NCBI GenBank assembly: GCA_044221725.1
Contig: JBGAON010000001.1
Location: 256,001-320,000 of the forward strand
DNA from: Elusimicrobiota bacterium
GTDB lineage: Bacteria; Elusimicrobiota; Elusimicrobia; F11
DNA: 64,000 bases
Direction: 5' to 3'
Below, piece after piece: positions 25,203 to 35,026 of the stretch; within the stretch, counting starts at the first letter, position 1, and the number at the start of each line of letters is the position of its first letter. The position numbers were made by a program, and so were the translations under genes. A model generated the notes under the pieces. The model made no database searches and was not told where the DNA came from. It saw only the letters and a list, made by a program, of their open reading frames with translations.

Positions 25203-26156
25203 TTAGTTGTTTGTTAACGCCACCGGCCGAAAGCTGGTTGTATGATCCGCCGGTTCAAAGTGTGTAAATTTTTTAAATCTGTTGTACCGCTCGACGATTT
25301 CCTGTTGTTTCAATTGCGTAAGCCGATCCAGACTGAACGATTCAACGTTAAACGACGCCATGACCGTGCCAAAAATAATGGATTGCCGTAGCGACGTTTC
25401 ATCCCAGTAATTGCCGTTTGTTGCCAACGATGAGAAGAAGCCGCCCGCGAAACAGTCGCCGGCGCCCGTCGGATCAAACACGTCCTCCACCGGATAGGCT
25501 GGTACAACAAAAAAGAATTCGCGCGTTACCAGAATCGCGCCGTGTTCTCCCTTTTTAATGATGACCACACGTGGACCCCGTCTCAGCAGGTCGTACCCTG
25601 CTTTGATGAGATTGGTAATGCCAGTAAATTGGCGAGCTTCACCATCGTTGAGAAGAAAGACATCGACTTTCTTAAGCAACCTGTTCAGGCTGTCGGATTT
25701 GATGCCGATCCATAGATTCATTGTGTCGCAGCCCGTTAGTTGTGGAGATCGCACCTGTTCGAGCACTTCAAGTTGGAGATCGGGATCTATGTTTGCCAAA
25801 AAAACGTGGGGTGTGGTGGCATACGATGCCGGAATTTTTGGTTTAAACGATTGAAACACATTGAGTTCGGTGGCCAGCGTTCTCGCCGCGTTCATGTCGG
25901 TCTCGTAAAGTCCGGTCCACCGAAATGTTTTGCCCGTCGTTGTTTCCAACCCTTCTATCGAAATGCCGCGGGAAGTGAGCAGCTGAATATGCTCTTTTGG
26001 AAAGTCGCTGCCGACGACCGCGACCAATCGAACCGGTGCAAAGAAACTCGCCGCGTAGGAAAAATATGTCGCCGATCCGCCGAGCGCTTCTTTTACTTCC
26101 CCAAACGGTGTTTTTATGGAATCCAACGCGACCGAGCCCACCACCAAAATTGACAT
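25203..26156 (-). CDS. PfkB-family carbohydrate/nucleoside kinase
   Basis: LGGSATY near the N-terminus and DPTGAGDCFAGG signature; RBS AGGAGG before ATG 26156. Confidence 0.9.
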   Translation of the reverse strand: MSILVVGSVALDSIKTPFGEVKEALGGSATYFSYAASFFAPVRLVAVVGSDFPKEHIQLLTSRGISIEGLETTTGKTFRWTGLYETDMNAARTLATELNVFQSFKPKIPASYATTPHVFLANIDPDLQLEVLEQVRSPQLTGCDTMNLWIGIKSDSLNRLLKKVDVFLLNDGEARQFTGITNLIKAGYDLLRRGPRVVIIKKGEHGAILVTREFFFVVPAYPVEDVFDPTGAGDCFAGGFFSSLATNGNYWDETSLRQSIIFGTVMASFNVESFSLDRLTQLKQQEIVERYNRFKKFTHFEPADHTTSFRPVALTNN

Positions 26157-26290
26157 TCTTGCCGCCTCCTGGAACCGAAATTTTCCGAGGACGTTTACCA
26201 TAATCAAGTGCCCGGCAGAAACTATTTCGTGGTCCTGGAAAATTTCCGGGGGCTTCTGTTATACTGGCGAGACGGACACATGCACAAAAA

Positions 26291-29200
26291 ATGACACGTC
26301 ATCGTAGATCAAATTCACATTTTGAAAATTTTCCCCGACGGAGAAATTTAGCCTCGCGTTGGGGAATTTTTTGTTTATTGCTGCTTTTCTTTTCGGTTTC
26401 GACGCCTTTGTTCGCAAAACGTTTTGTTCCTACCCGAAAATCCGAAAAACACGAAATAACGTTCCGTTCGCAGGATCCAAAAACATTTTACCGTGCGCTG
26501 TCGTTGTTGCTTGAATCGCAGCCGGCGGACCAGATCAACACCATTAACGCGCGCGCGAGCGTCGCCGAACTTCTTTTTGAGACGGAAAATTATCGCGAAG
26601 CGGCCCAAATTTATTTGCAATTGACCGAGGCTCCGCTCGCTGACGTTTATAAGTTATCGAGTTTTCAATATCGCTTGGCCGAGTGTTATTTTTACATGGG
26701 GCTTTACGGTGAATCCTACGATCAATTTTCGCGCGTGAGAAAAGATGGGCATGTATCCTTGCAAGCGGAGGCCACGCTCGGTATGGCGATGGCGGCTCTT
26801 GCGCAGGGAAATCGGTCCAGCGCGCAGGCGCATCTCGATATCCTGTTGCTTGAGAATGAGTACTACAAAACCTACCCGCGAGCGCTTTACCCGTCGGGAA
26901 TAATGCTTTTTCAAAATGAGCAGTATCAGCGCAGCTTGGCTTTTTTCGAAAAGGACACCAGCGATCCAAAAAATCTTTATTTCGCCGGTATCGCGTATCG
27001 CCGACTGGGCCAATCGCCAAAAGGACTTCAGTATTTTCAAAAGCTGACACAAAAATTCCCCGGCACTGTGTGGGCGCAACGCGGTGCATTTGAAGTCGCC
27101 GAGACCTACTACCAACAACAAGACTACCCGCTGGCGTTTCAGAGTTTTGACCGTTGGCTCAGCGAATTCCCCAATGGAACGCTGCAGGTCGAAGCGCAAT
27201 TCCGCATGGCGTGCGCCGACATGCGCCGCGAACAATATCAACAAGTCGTTAACCGGTTGGAACCGCTGCTGAAACTGGATTTGCGGCCGTCGATGCAAGA
27301 CCGGATTCGTCATTTGGTGACCGAATCCTGGGTGCAGATGGACAAGGTGCCCGAACTTGTGGCGAGTATCAAAAAGAAAGGTCGCGCGCGGGACCGTACG
27401 CCGGACGAGAACTATCAGCTTATGTGGGCGTTGGCTGCGCTCGGTAAATATCAGGAAGCGCTTACCGCGTCAGAGGAGGGGCTCGGCAACTTCTATGACG
27501 CTGAGCTCACTCCAAAGATTTTGCTCGTGGAAGGTTTTTGCTACGACAAGGTGGGGCGACCGGCCGAAGCGCTGGCCGCGTATCAGACGGTTGTTGACCG
27601 TTTTCCGAAATCGGCTTACGCGGCGCGCGCGCTGCATTTGATGTCTCTCGGGTATGTGAAAGCCCAGCGTTGGCAGGAATTGGTCACGCATGTCTATCAC
27701 CACTGGGCGAATTTGCCCGAAGACGTACGAGCGAAATATCCGGAAGTTGAATTTTGGGTGACCGAAGGGCAATTGACGCTCGGAAATTATGAGCTTGCGC
27801 AAAAACGTTACCAACAATATCTTTCCGCGGCGCCCGATTCGCCGCTCACGCCGTACGCCTACCTGGGGTTGGCGGTCGCTCAAGCACAAAACAATCAACT
27901 CGATGCCGGATTTCAGACGCTGCAGCAGTTTGCGGCCATTGCGAAGCAAAAAAACCGAAACGATTGGCTAGCTCTAGCGACTCTTCAGTCGGGAAACATT
28001 TACTACAACCAGAAAAAATACGAACAGGCGATAGGTTTTTTCCGCTCGTTCCAAAAGGATTATCCAGCCGACCCCCGCATTCCCCAGGCGATGTTCCAAG
28101 AAGCCCAAGCTCTTTATCGTCTCGAGTATTACACGGACGCGGTGAATGTGTGGAACAACCTCGCGGACAAATATCCGGACAGCGGATTGACCGAGCGCTC
28201 GCGTTTCCAAGCGGCCCGCACGCTGTTCGACTTGGGCGAGAGCACCGCAGCGGTTAAGGCATTCAATACATTTATTGTGAAGCATCCAACGAGCGATCGG
28301 TTGAAAGAAGCTCGCCTGCAGCTCGCTCACGCGTATTACAACGCCGGGAATTACAAGGAGGCGATCCCGCGCTACCAAGAGTTTTTGCTGCTTTATCCGA
28401 ACGCCGAAGAAGTGGCCAGCGTGCAGGATTTCTTGCAAATGTCGTATGTGCAGGCGGGAAAGTCTGACCAGGAAATTGAACAGCTGACGAAAGGTCAGGC
28501 CAAGTCACAAGTGTTGGCGGACTTGTATTGGGAGAAAGGCGCGAAAGCCTACAATGACAAGGATTACAAAACCGCGCTCGGCTATTTCGAAAAGATTTTG
28601 ATTGAATTCCCGGCGTCGAGCTTGGCGGCGCAAGCCTCGTTCTACCGCGCCGAATCGTTTTTCTTGGAGCAGAAATACGATGAGTCGTCTTCCGCTTACA
28701 AAAATTTCTTAACGCAGTTTCCGAACGATCAGCAAGCTCCAACGGCGCTTTTCCGGTTGGGTGTGGGTCTGTTTAATTTGAACCGCTTTGACGAGTCGGC
28801 CATGACGTTTGAGAGCTTGGTCAAAAAATATCCCGATGACCCCATGGCCGCCACGGCCGCCGAAAATATTCCATTGGCTTACGCCAAAATAGGCAAGAGT
28901 GCAGAATCCGAAAACGCGCTCGAGGCATTGATTAATCGCACATCCGACCCGGCGAAAAAGGCGCAATTAAATTTGCAGCTCGCCCAGATAAAGGAAAAGA
29001 ACGGATTGGCCGCGGACGCTATTGCCTTCTATCAGAAGGTGGATCCTTCGCAAAAGGAATACGCACAAGCAATTTACGGAATGGGCAATCTCTACAGCCA
29101 GGCGGGTCAGTCGGATCAAGAAATGGCGAGCTACGAAAAGTTGCTTAATTCGCAGCCAAAGGATGATCCGTACCGAATCGCGGCGATAAGCCGATTGGCC

Positions 29201-29338
29201 GAACTGTATATTGGCCAAGGCCAGGCACAGAAAGCGCTTTCGACGTACAAAGATGTTGCCGCCAACGCAAAGGACGAAACCGCGTTGGCGAACGCAAAGT
29301 CGCGAATTGAAGAGCTTCAAAAAGTGCTCGCAAACTAG
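26291..29338 (+). CDS. Large exported tetratricopeptide-repeat protein
   Basis: Signal peptide (LLLLFFSVSTPLFA) and many YbgF/BamD-type TPRs ending in 'FP.S' or 'YP.S'. Confidence 0.85.
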   Translation: MTRHRRSNSHFENFPRRRNLASRWGIFCLLLLFFSVSTPLFAKRFVPTRKSEKHEITFRSQDPKTFYRALSLLLESQPADQINTINARASVAELLFETENYREAAQIYLQLTEAPLADVYKLSSFQYRLAECYFYMGLYGESYDQFSRVRKDGHVSLQAEATLGMAMAALAQGNRSSAQAHLDILLLENEYYKTYPRALYPSGIMLFQNEQYQRSLAFFEKDTSDPKNLYFAGIAYRRLGQSPKGLQYFQKLTQKFPGTVWAQRGAFEVAETYYQQQDYPLAFQSFDRWLSEFPNGTLQVEAQFRMACADMRREQYQQVVNRLEPLLKLDLRPSMQDRIRHLVTESWVQMDKVPELVASIKKKGRARDRTPDENYQLMWALAALGKYQEALTASEEGLGNFYDAELTPKILLVEGFCYDKVGRPAEALAAYQTVVDRFPKSAYAARALHLMSLGYVKAQRWQELVTHVYHHWANLPEDVRAKYPEVEFWVTEGQLTLGNYELAQKRYQQYLSAAPDSPLTPYAYLGLAVAQAQNNQLDAGFQTLQQFAAIAKQKNRNDWLALATLQSGNIYYNQKKYEQAIGFFRSFQKDYPADPRIPQAMFQEAQALYRLEYYTDAVNVWNNLADKYPDSGLTERSRFQAARTLFDLGESTAAVKAFNTFIVKHPTSDRLKEARLQLAHAYYNAGNYKEAIPRYQEFLLLYPNAEEVASVQDFLQMSYVQAGKSDQEIEQLTKGQAKSQVLADLYWEKGAKAYNDKDYKTALGYFEKILIEFPASSLAAQASFYRAESFFLEQKYDESSSAYKNFLTQFPNDQQAPTALFRLGVGLFNLNRFDESAMTFESLVKKYPDDPMAATAAENIPLAYAKIGKSAESENALEALINRTSDPAKKAQLNLQLAQIKEKNGLAADAIAFYQKVDPSQKEYAQAIYGMGNLYSQAGQSDQEMASYEKLLNSQPKDDPYRIAAISRLAELYIGQGQAQKALSTYKDVAANAKDETALANAKSRIEELQKVLAN

Positions 29339-29380
29339 GACCGTGTTACGGAACGGTCCATCAATAATTAAATTGAAGAA

Positions 29381-30010
29381 ATGGGAGGAAAGATGCTTCA
29401 CGGTATCACACTAAAAGAATTGCTGCACGTCAGTATCATGATCCCGGTGTTGTTGGTTCTCTCGGTGATTTGCATGTCCGTTATGTTGGAGCGAATGTTT
29501 TATTACTTCCGCCATGCGCGCGTGAACGCTCGGTTCCTGGATCGGGTGCGCACCTACGTAAAAGCCGGGAAATATAACGAAGCGAAGCACGAAGCGGCGC
29601 GCCATCGGACTTTGATTTCCGAAGCGGTGGCCGCGCAAATTGATGCGGTACACCTTCCTCGCAACGAGCGCGAAAGCTTGGTTCTTTTCTATCACCAGCG
29701 GCTTCAATCTCTGCTGGGGAAAAGGCTTTGGATATTCGGAACGCTCAGTTTTATTTGCCCATTGTTGGGGCTCTTGGGAACGGTGCTCGGTGTTATTCGA
29801 TCGTTCGGGGATTTGGCTATTTCCGGCTCGGGCGGTCCGACGATCGTTGCAGCCGGTATTTCCGAAGCGTTGTACGCAACGGCGGCCGGTATTGCGGTGG
29901 CCATCACGGCGGCCGTGATCTACAACTGGTTCAATATTTGGATGAAAAATACGCTGTCGAGCAGTGACATTTTTGGGCAGGAATTAATTTTCCTGACGTC
30001 CGGAAAATAA
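29381..30010 (+). CDS. exbB: ExbB/TolQ-family proton-channel subunit
   Basis: PLLGLLGTVLGVIRSF and GISEALYATAAGIAVAI motifs. Confidence 0.88.
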   Translation: MGGKMLHGITLKELLHVSIMIPVLLVLSVICMSVMLERMFYYFRHARVNARFLDRVRTYVKAGKYNEAKHEAARHRTLISEAVAAQIDAVHLPRNERESLVLFYHQRLQSLLGKRLWIFGTLSFICPLLGLLGTVLGVIRSFGDLAISGSGGPTIVAAGISEALYATAAGIAVAITAAVIYNWFNIWMKNTLSSSDIFGQELIFLTSGK

Positions 30011-30043
30011 CGAATTTGTCGCCCCGGCCAAAAACGTGCCGGG

Positions 30044-30505
30044 ATGACGACTTGGGAGAAAATAATGTCAGAGATGTTGTCCGAAGAGGGAACTGAGGAG
30101 ACCGACAAAATCAATGTCGTCCCATTGGCCGATCTTTCTCTCGTGCTGCTCATCATTCTCATGGTGTTGTCGCCCATGGTGATGTCATCGATGATTCGCG
30201 TTCAAACGCCGCGCTTGGACAAGGTCAAGGCCACAAAGGTTAAAAAAGAGGAAAAGAAAATTCCTGATCCTTTGTTGATCAAAATTACGTCCAAGGGGCT
30301 GTTTCTCAACAATAACCCGATCGATTCAGAATTGTTCTTGGCCGAGCAGATTGCGATCAAAATAGGCGATGAGCCGGAGCGGCCGGTGATTGTTTCCGCG
30401 GACGAGGGAATCCAGGTGGGAGATGTGGTGCACATATTGGATTTGGCGAAACAACATGGCGCGAGCAAGGTTTCGTTGCTCAAAGCCGGGGGCGACGAAT
30501 CATGA
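30044..30505 (+). CDS. exbD: ExbD/TolR-family protein (copy 1)
   Basis: INVVPLADLSLVLLIILMV with the conserved Asp; VIVSAD...VVHILD.AK..GA.KVSL. Confidence 0.88.
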   Translation: MTTWEKIMSEMLSEEGTEETDKINVVPLADLSLVLLIILMVLSPMVMSSMIRVQTPRLDKVKATKVKKEEKKIPDPLLIKITSKGLFLNNNPIDSELFLAEQIAIKIGDEPERPVIVSADEGIQVGDVVHILDLAKQHGASKVSLLKAGGDES

Positions 30506-30918
30506 AAATGAATGGACTTCTTACCGAAGAGCCCACGATCGCGGGCGTTAACATTGTGCCTGTCATCGACCTGTGTCTGGTGCTCCTTATTATATTGATG
30601 GTGACGTCTCCGATGTTGGACCAGGCGGATTTGCCGGTGAAGTTGCCGCAGGCCTCCACCATCGAAAGCAAGGAACGGAACATCTCGGTCACGATTTCAC
30701 CGGACGGGCGCATGGCGGTCAACAGTGAAATTATCGACGCGGCCAACTTTGGCGCGACGCTGCAGAAACATTTGAAAGAAGATCCGGACATTATGGTGAT
30801 TTTGCGCGTCGACAAAAGCGCCACCTATGGTTCGCTCACGAATTTGATTGCGGAATGCAAAAAAGCGGGTGCCACAAATATTTCTATCGGAACGGAGCAA
30901 ACGAAACCCAATGGCTAA
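30502..30918 (+). CDS. exbD: ExbD/TolR-family protein (copy 2)
   Basis: VNIVPVIDLCLVLLIILMVTSP; VKLPQA; VILRVDK...YG. Confidence 0.88.
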   Translation: MKMNGLLTEEPTIAGVNIVPVIDLCLVLLIILMVTSPMLDQADLPVKLPQASTIESKERNISVTISPDGRMAVNSEIIDAANFGATLQKHLKEDPDIMVILRVDKSATYGSLTNLIAECKKAGATNISIGTEQTKPNG

Positions 30919-32212
30919 AGCTGCCTCCATCGATCTTGGATCAAACTGGAACGAACAGGGCCCGTCTTTTGGTCTTGATACGCTCAGCTTTGTGTTTGCA
31001 ATCGGATTGCACATTCCGCTGTTTTTCATTCAGTTGAACATGCCGAAAAAAGCCATCGACACGCACAAAGAGAAATTGGTTTCCGTGGATTTGATTGAGC
31101 AAATAAAACCCAAAGAACCGGAAGTTGCTCCCACCCCAGTGGTCGCCGCGCCGAAAGGTCCAAGTTTGATGGAAAAGTTGAAAGCATTGGTAAAAAAAGA
31201 ACCTCCGCCGCCAGCGCCGCCACAGATAAAGCCAGTCGAGCCTCCAAAATTGGTGGATGTCCCCAAGCCTTTGGCGCTTCAACCGAAACTCGACATGCCG
31301 GAAAAAATTCAGCCAAAGCTTGAGTCCAAATCGGGTTTCCAAACTCAGGCTGATCCGAAGCTCGTGAACGAACAAAAATTGGCGATGAACGCGCCAATTC
31401 CTGGTATCGCGCCGATGTCAGCAAAGAAACTGGGAGTGGTGGATGATCGCAACGCGGTTAAAAACAACAAAGGAAATTTTCAAGTAAAGAGCGATTCGTT
31501 GAAAAGTATTGGTGGCGATGGGCCGGGGCTTTCGGGTGGGGGCGCGCCCGTTATTGCCATTCAAACGGGAAGCAAAGCCACGACGGAAAAATTTTCAGCG
31601 CCCGTCACACAAAAAACGGACAAAGGACGTCTCGGTGCCGTGCCCACAGGAAATCTTAATTCTGGGCCACAACTCGGATTGAGGGATTCGATTATCGCAC
31701 GTGACGCTGCGCCCACGCAGATCAATACGGGGGGGCGTGCGGGCGGTGCCGCTGGCGGTATTCCGGGCGGAACCGGCATGAAAAAAGACGCGGGGCGCTC
31801 GTTTCAGGCCGCGGTGCCGCAAGGCGTGAGCGGAGGGGCGGTGGGCGGGCTTGGCAACGCGGGCGTGGGTTCCGCTCCCGCAATTTCCGCGGTACCCGTG
31901 AAGAAAAAAGAGAAACAGTCGATGTTCTCTATTACGGGCCCGCTCAAGGACCGGAAAATTTTGAAACAGGTGCCGCCGGAATATCCGGCGTGGGCACAAG
32001 CGCAGGGTATTTCGGCATCGGTCGTTTTGGAATTTACAGTCGAGCCGGACGGTTCCGTGAAAAATCTCGTGGTGGTGCGCCGCACGTCGGGGTATCCGAA
32101 GTTGGACGAGACCGCCATTGAAGCGCTGCGGCAATGGAAGTTTGCGCCGTTGGCCGATGGAGAAAATCGATCAGAGGTCGGACTTATAACGTTTAATTAT
32201 TCACTGAGTTAA
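30911..32212 (+). CDS. tonB: TonB-family energy transducer with long Pro/Gly-rich linker
   Basis: TM containing His (AIGLHIPLFF), Pro-rich then Gly-rich linker, C-terminal PEYPAWAQAQG...VVLEFTVEPDGSV...SGYPKLDETAIEALRQWKF. Confidence 0.85.
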   Translation: MAKAASIDLGSNWNEQGPSFGLDTLSFVFAIGLHIPLFFIQLNMPKKAIDTHKEKLVSVDLIEQIKPKEPEVAPTPVVAAPKGPSLMEKLKALVKKEPPPPAPPQIKPVEPPKLVDVPKPLALQPKLDMPEKIQPKLESKSGFQTQADPKLVNEQKLAMNAPIPGIAPMSAKKLGVVDDRNAVKNNKGNFQVKSDSLKSIGGDGPGLSGGGAPVIAIQTGSKATTEKFSAPVTQKTDKGRLGAVPTGNLNSGPQLGLRDSIIARDAAPTQINTGGRAGGAAGGIPGGTGMKKDAGRSFQAAVPQGVSGGAVGGLGNAGVGSAPAISAVPVKKKEKQSMFSITGPLKDRKILKQVPPEYPAWAQAQGISASVVLEFTVEPDGSVKNLVVVRRTSGYPKLDETAIEALRQWKFAPLADGENRSEVGLITFNYSLS

Positions 32213-32214
32213 TT

Positions 32215-33222
32215 ATGAAAAAAGAGAATACCTGCAATTTACAGAAAATCCGTCGCCCCCGCGGAGGCGGGGGCCGAGACACTTTGAAAGTGCGGAAGAT
32301 TTTCAACTGTGTCCGGGTTCCCGCCTGCGCGGGAACGACGATCGCATTATTATCAGTAAGTTTGCTCGCCGCTCCGCTCGATATGACGGTCAAAGGCGAG
32401 ATCAAAGATAAGCTTACGATTGAACGCGTTCCGGTTCCGACCGATGTGGCGCTAAAGGATGTGATCCCATTTTCTCGATTGGGACAGATTGATTGGATCC
32501 TCGGCGAAGAACTGGGTTACATGGACGAAGAAAAGCAGGTGGCGCTCATGGACGTGCACTCGCCAAAAGTTTTTCGGCCGTCGATGATCGAATTCCCCAA
32601 GCCACCGTTCTTCGTGCAGGCCTATCCGCCACCGCCAACACCGGTGATTATCGATCGCAGTCCGAACGCTCCGCCCCCGCGCGGCGAGAACGAAACGTGG
32701 ACGTTCATTGTCGTCGATCAGAACAACAACCTTTTGAAAAAAGTCGACGGTAACACGGTGCCGCCCGAACCCATTCAGTGGGATGGAATGACGAAAGGCG
32801 AATTTATGTTGCGCACGGACGAAATCTATTCGTCGATGCTTGTAATTCAGGAGACGCCAGAAGTGTCACGAACCATTGTCGGAGACCCGATCTGGCTGCC
32901 GGCGCTTCGGTACATCAAAGGCAACAGCATCATTTTCGAATTCAGTAACAAGCGCGTGTACAACGAAAGCCAAGCGACGTTTGCCGCCGGCTTGCAGGTG
33001 CTTGTTGATCAATTAATGAACGAGCTGCGGAAATACGAGGGGGCCCCCTTTACGGTTTCGATTGCTGATAAAGACTTGGATCTCGCGCAGAAGCGCGCGC
33101 AATTGTGGCGGAAGACGTTGCAAGAAAATCTTCTTAAGCCTGCGGACAAATTTAACGTGAAAGTCACAATGCCGACCGATCGGGGCGCCATTACCCAGAT
33201 CGTTCTGGAGATCACGAAATGA
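32215..33222 (+). CDS. Hypothetical exported protein with FlgD-Ig-like (W...WDG) segment and degenerate OmpA-like C-terminus
   Basis: WTFIVVDQNNNLLKKVDG...IQWDG; C-terminal ...LAQKRAQ...; coupled to its neighbours. Start is uncertain. Confidence 0.6.
   Translation: MKKENTCNLQKIRRPRGGGGRDTLKVRKIFNCVRVPACAGTTIALLSVSLLAAPLDMTVKGEIKDKLTIERVPVPTDVALKDVIPFSRLGQIDWILGEELGYMDEEKQVALMDVHSPKVFRPSMIEFPKPPFFVQAYPPPPTPVIIDRSPNAPPPRGENETWTFIVVDQNNNLLKKVDGNTVPPEPIQWDGMTKGEFMLRTDEIYSSMLVIQETPEVSRTIVGDPIWLPALRYIKGNSIIFEFSNKRVYNESQATFAAGLQVLVDQLMNELRKYEGAPFTVSIADKDLDLAQKRAQLWRKTLQENLLKPADKFNVKVTMPTDRGAITQIVLEITK
32251..32340. repeat. Palindromic REP/dRS3-like element lying in the 5' coding region of the 32215 ORF
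   Basis: Left arm CGTCGCCCCCGCGGAGGCGGGGGCCGAGACAC versus the reverse complement of the right arm CGTCGTTCCCGCGCAGGCGGGAACCCGGACAC. Each arm is itself a hairpin, and there is an inner TTGAAA/TTTCAA dyad. Confidence 0.75.
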
Positions 33223-34001
33223 GCCGGCTAGCGCGGCTGCGCGCGGTGGCGTTGCTTCTGGCGTTCGTTGTCGGTGCTCCGTTGCGCGGTGTTTGGGCCG
33301 AAGGCGCGAGCGATCCCCGCGTGAAAGTGTTGTTGGAAGAAGGATTGCGGTTGTACAGCGAGCGTCAATATGTCCGCGCTCTCGATCTTTTTAAACAAGT
33401 TCAGCGCATCGATCCCGACAATGCCACGGCTTCCGAATATATTAAGAGTTCCGAGCAACGTATCAACGAATGGGAAGCCGAGCCGGGCGACAAAAAACGA
33501 GATGCCAACTGGGACACGCTTCTTGGCGATAAGAAAAAAACGGGGCCGGCCGAAAGCGCGGCCAACGCGAACGACATCATCGCGGCACGCAAGTCGCTTG
33601 TGGAACGCATGCGCAACCGCTCGACGAACACCGACAACATCGTCCAGATTCAAGACACGAAACGCGGCCTTGATATCCTCTTGTTCCACGATCAGCTGTT
33701 TCTGCCCGGACTTCAAACGTTGCGCGACGAAGCGCTTCCAATATTGGAAAATGTCGCCATGCTTATCCGAACGAAAGGCGATCGACAGGTGACGGTTCAA
33801 AGCGTGGCGCACACGAATTCAACCGATCCATTTTTGTTGTTTCCCGAGGTATCAAAAGAAGGCGCAGACCCGACGTTGCCGAACATGAAGTCCGGTGGTA
33901 GTTCGCTCCTTTATCAGGATATCGAAGCGACGCGCTCGATGATTCTGTTTACATACCTCGCACAGCGCAGCATGGGAAAAACAACAAAGTCATTCGAATA
34001 A
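33219..34001 (+). CDS. Exported TPR protein with degenerate MotB/OmpA-like domain
   Basis: Signal peptide; one TPR (GLRLYSERQYVRALDLFKQVQRIDPDN); RGLDILLFHDQLFLPG..TLRDEALPILENVA...VTVQSVAHTNS. Confidence 0.65.
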   Translation: MSRLARLRAVALLLAFVVGAPLRGVWAEGASDPRVKVLLEEGLRLYSERQYVRALDLFKQVQRIDPDNATASEYIKSSEQRINEWEAEPGDKKRDANWDTLLGDKKKTGPAESAANANDIIAARKSLVERMRNRSTNTDNIVQIQDTKRGLDILLFHDQLFLPGLQTLRDEALPILENVAMLIRTKGDRQVTVQSVAHTNSTDPFLLFPEVSKEGADPTLPNMKSGGSSLLYQDIEATRSMILFTYLAQRSMGKTTKSFE

Positions 34002-34006
34002 AACCG

Positions 34007-35026
34007 TTGCAACCCCTGTTGGCGTTCCTTCAAAAGTACCCCTTCCTGTTCCGGAAAGACTCCCGAATTCTTGTCGCTTGCTCCGGAGGGCCTGATTCCG
34101 TGGCGCTTGTGCACGCGCTGAATGAACTTGTGGCTCCGTGGAAGTTTCGGTTTGAGATCGCGCACATTAACCACGGTTTGCGCGCGGCGGCGTCGGAAGC
34201 CGACCAGAAATTCGTTAAGCGACTCGCAAGAGAAGCCAAGGTCCCATTTCATGTGAAACACTGCACCGTGCCTACGAATCGAGGAAACCTTGAGGAAATG
34301 GCGCGCGAGCGTCGCTATGCGGCGCTGCTTGAAATCGCGAAGCGCCGTAAAGTCGCCGCCATTTTTACGGCGCACACATTGGACGACCAAGTGGAAACCG
34401 TTATCATGAACATGTTGCGTGGCACCGGTCCCGACGGCCTGGCCGGTATGTCAGAGATGCGATGTTTTGAGAGATCGCGCATTTGGCTCGCCCGCCCGTT
34501 CCTAACGGTCACGAAAAAGGAACTTCTTGAAGGACTTCGCCGTTCCAACCGTCAGTTCCGAATAGATGAGTCGAATCGCGATGAAAAATTTCTGCGGAAC
34601 TGGTTGCGGCAAGAAATGCTTCCCATGTTGGAAAAACGGTCGCCCGGATTTAAGAAACGGATTGCCAATTTGGCGCGTGTTGCAGCCGACGAGAAGAAAT
34701 ATTGGCAACAAGAAACGAAACGAATTGAACAGCAGTTGTTACGCCCGTACAAGGAAGGCCGTTTGCTTGATTTGGGGGGGCTATTAAGTTATTCTCCCGC
34801 GGTTCAACGTCGCTTTCTCCGTCGAGCGCTGGGTCGGGACATCTTGACGTACGATGCCGTTGAACGGTTACGAGAATGGATGCAAGCCCCACCCTCCTCC
34901 GGACGGTTGTGGCAACTGAAACAAGGGTGGACGGTAGAAAGACTTTCCAAGACGAAAGGTTCCCCATCCGCGCAGCTGTTCTGGTTCAAAAAATCAAACC
35001 CCGAAAAGGAAAAACAGTTTTTATGA
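34007..35026 (+). CDS. tilS: tRNA(Ile)-lysidine synthetase
   Basis: SGGPDS PP-loop, HINHGLR, EEMARERRY, TAHTLDDQVET and RNWLR motifs; adjacent to ftsH. Confidence 0.93.
   Translation: MQPLLAFLQKYPFLFRKDSRILVACSGGPDSVALVHALNELVAPWKFRFEIAHINHGLRAAASEADQKFVKRLAREAKVPFHVKHCTVPTNRGNLEEMARERRYAALLEIAKRRKVAAIFTAHTLDDQVETVIMNMLRGTGPDGLAGMSEMRCFERSRIWLARPFLTVTKKELLEGLRRSNRQFRIDESNRDEKFLRNWLRQEMLPMLEKRSPGFKKRIANLARVAADEKKYWQQETKRIEQQLLRPYKEGRLLDLGGLLSYSPAVQRRFLRRALGRDILTYDAVERLREWMQAPPSSGRLWQLKQGWTVERLSKTKGSPSAQLFWFKKSNPEKEKQFL

Noticed and set aside
29338..29359. Hairpin GGACCGT-N8-ACGGTCC between the TPR gene and exbB
   Set aside because: Only a 7-bp stem with no U-tract and no second copy noticed; not enough to call a terminator or repeat.
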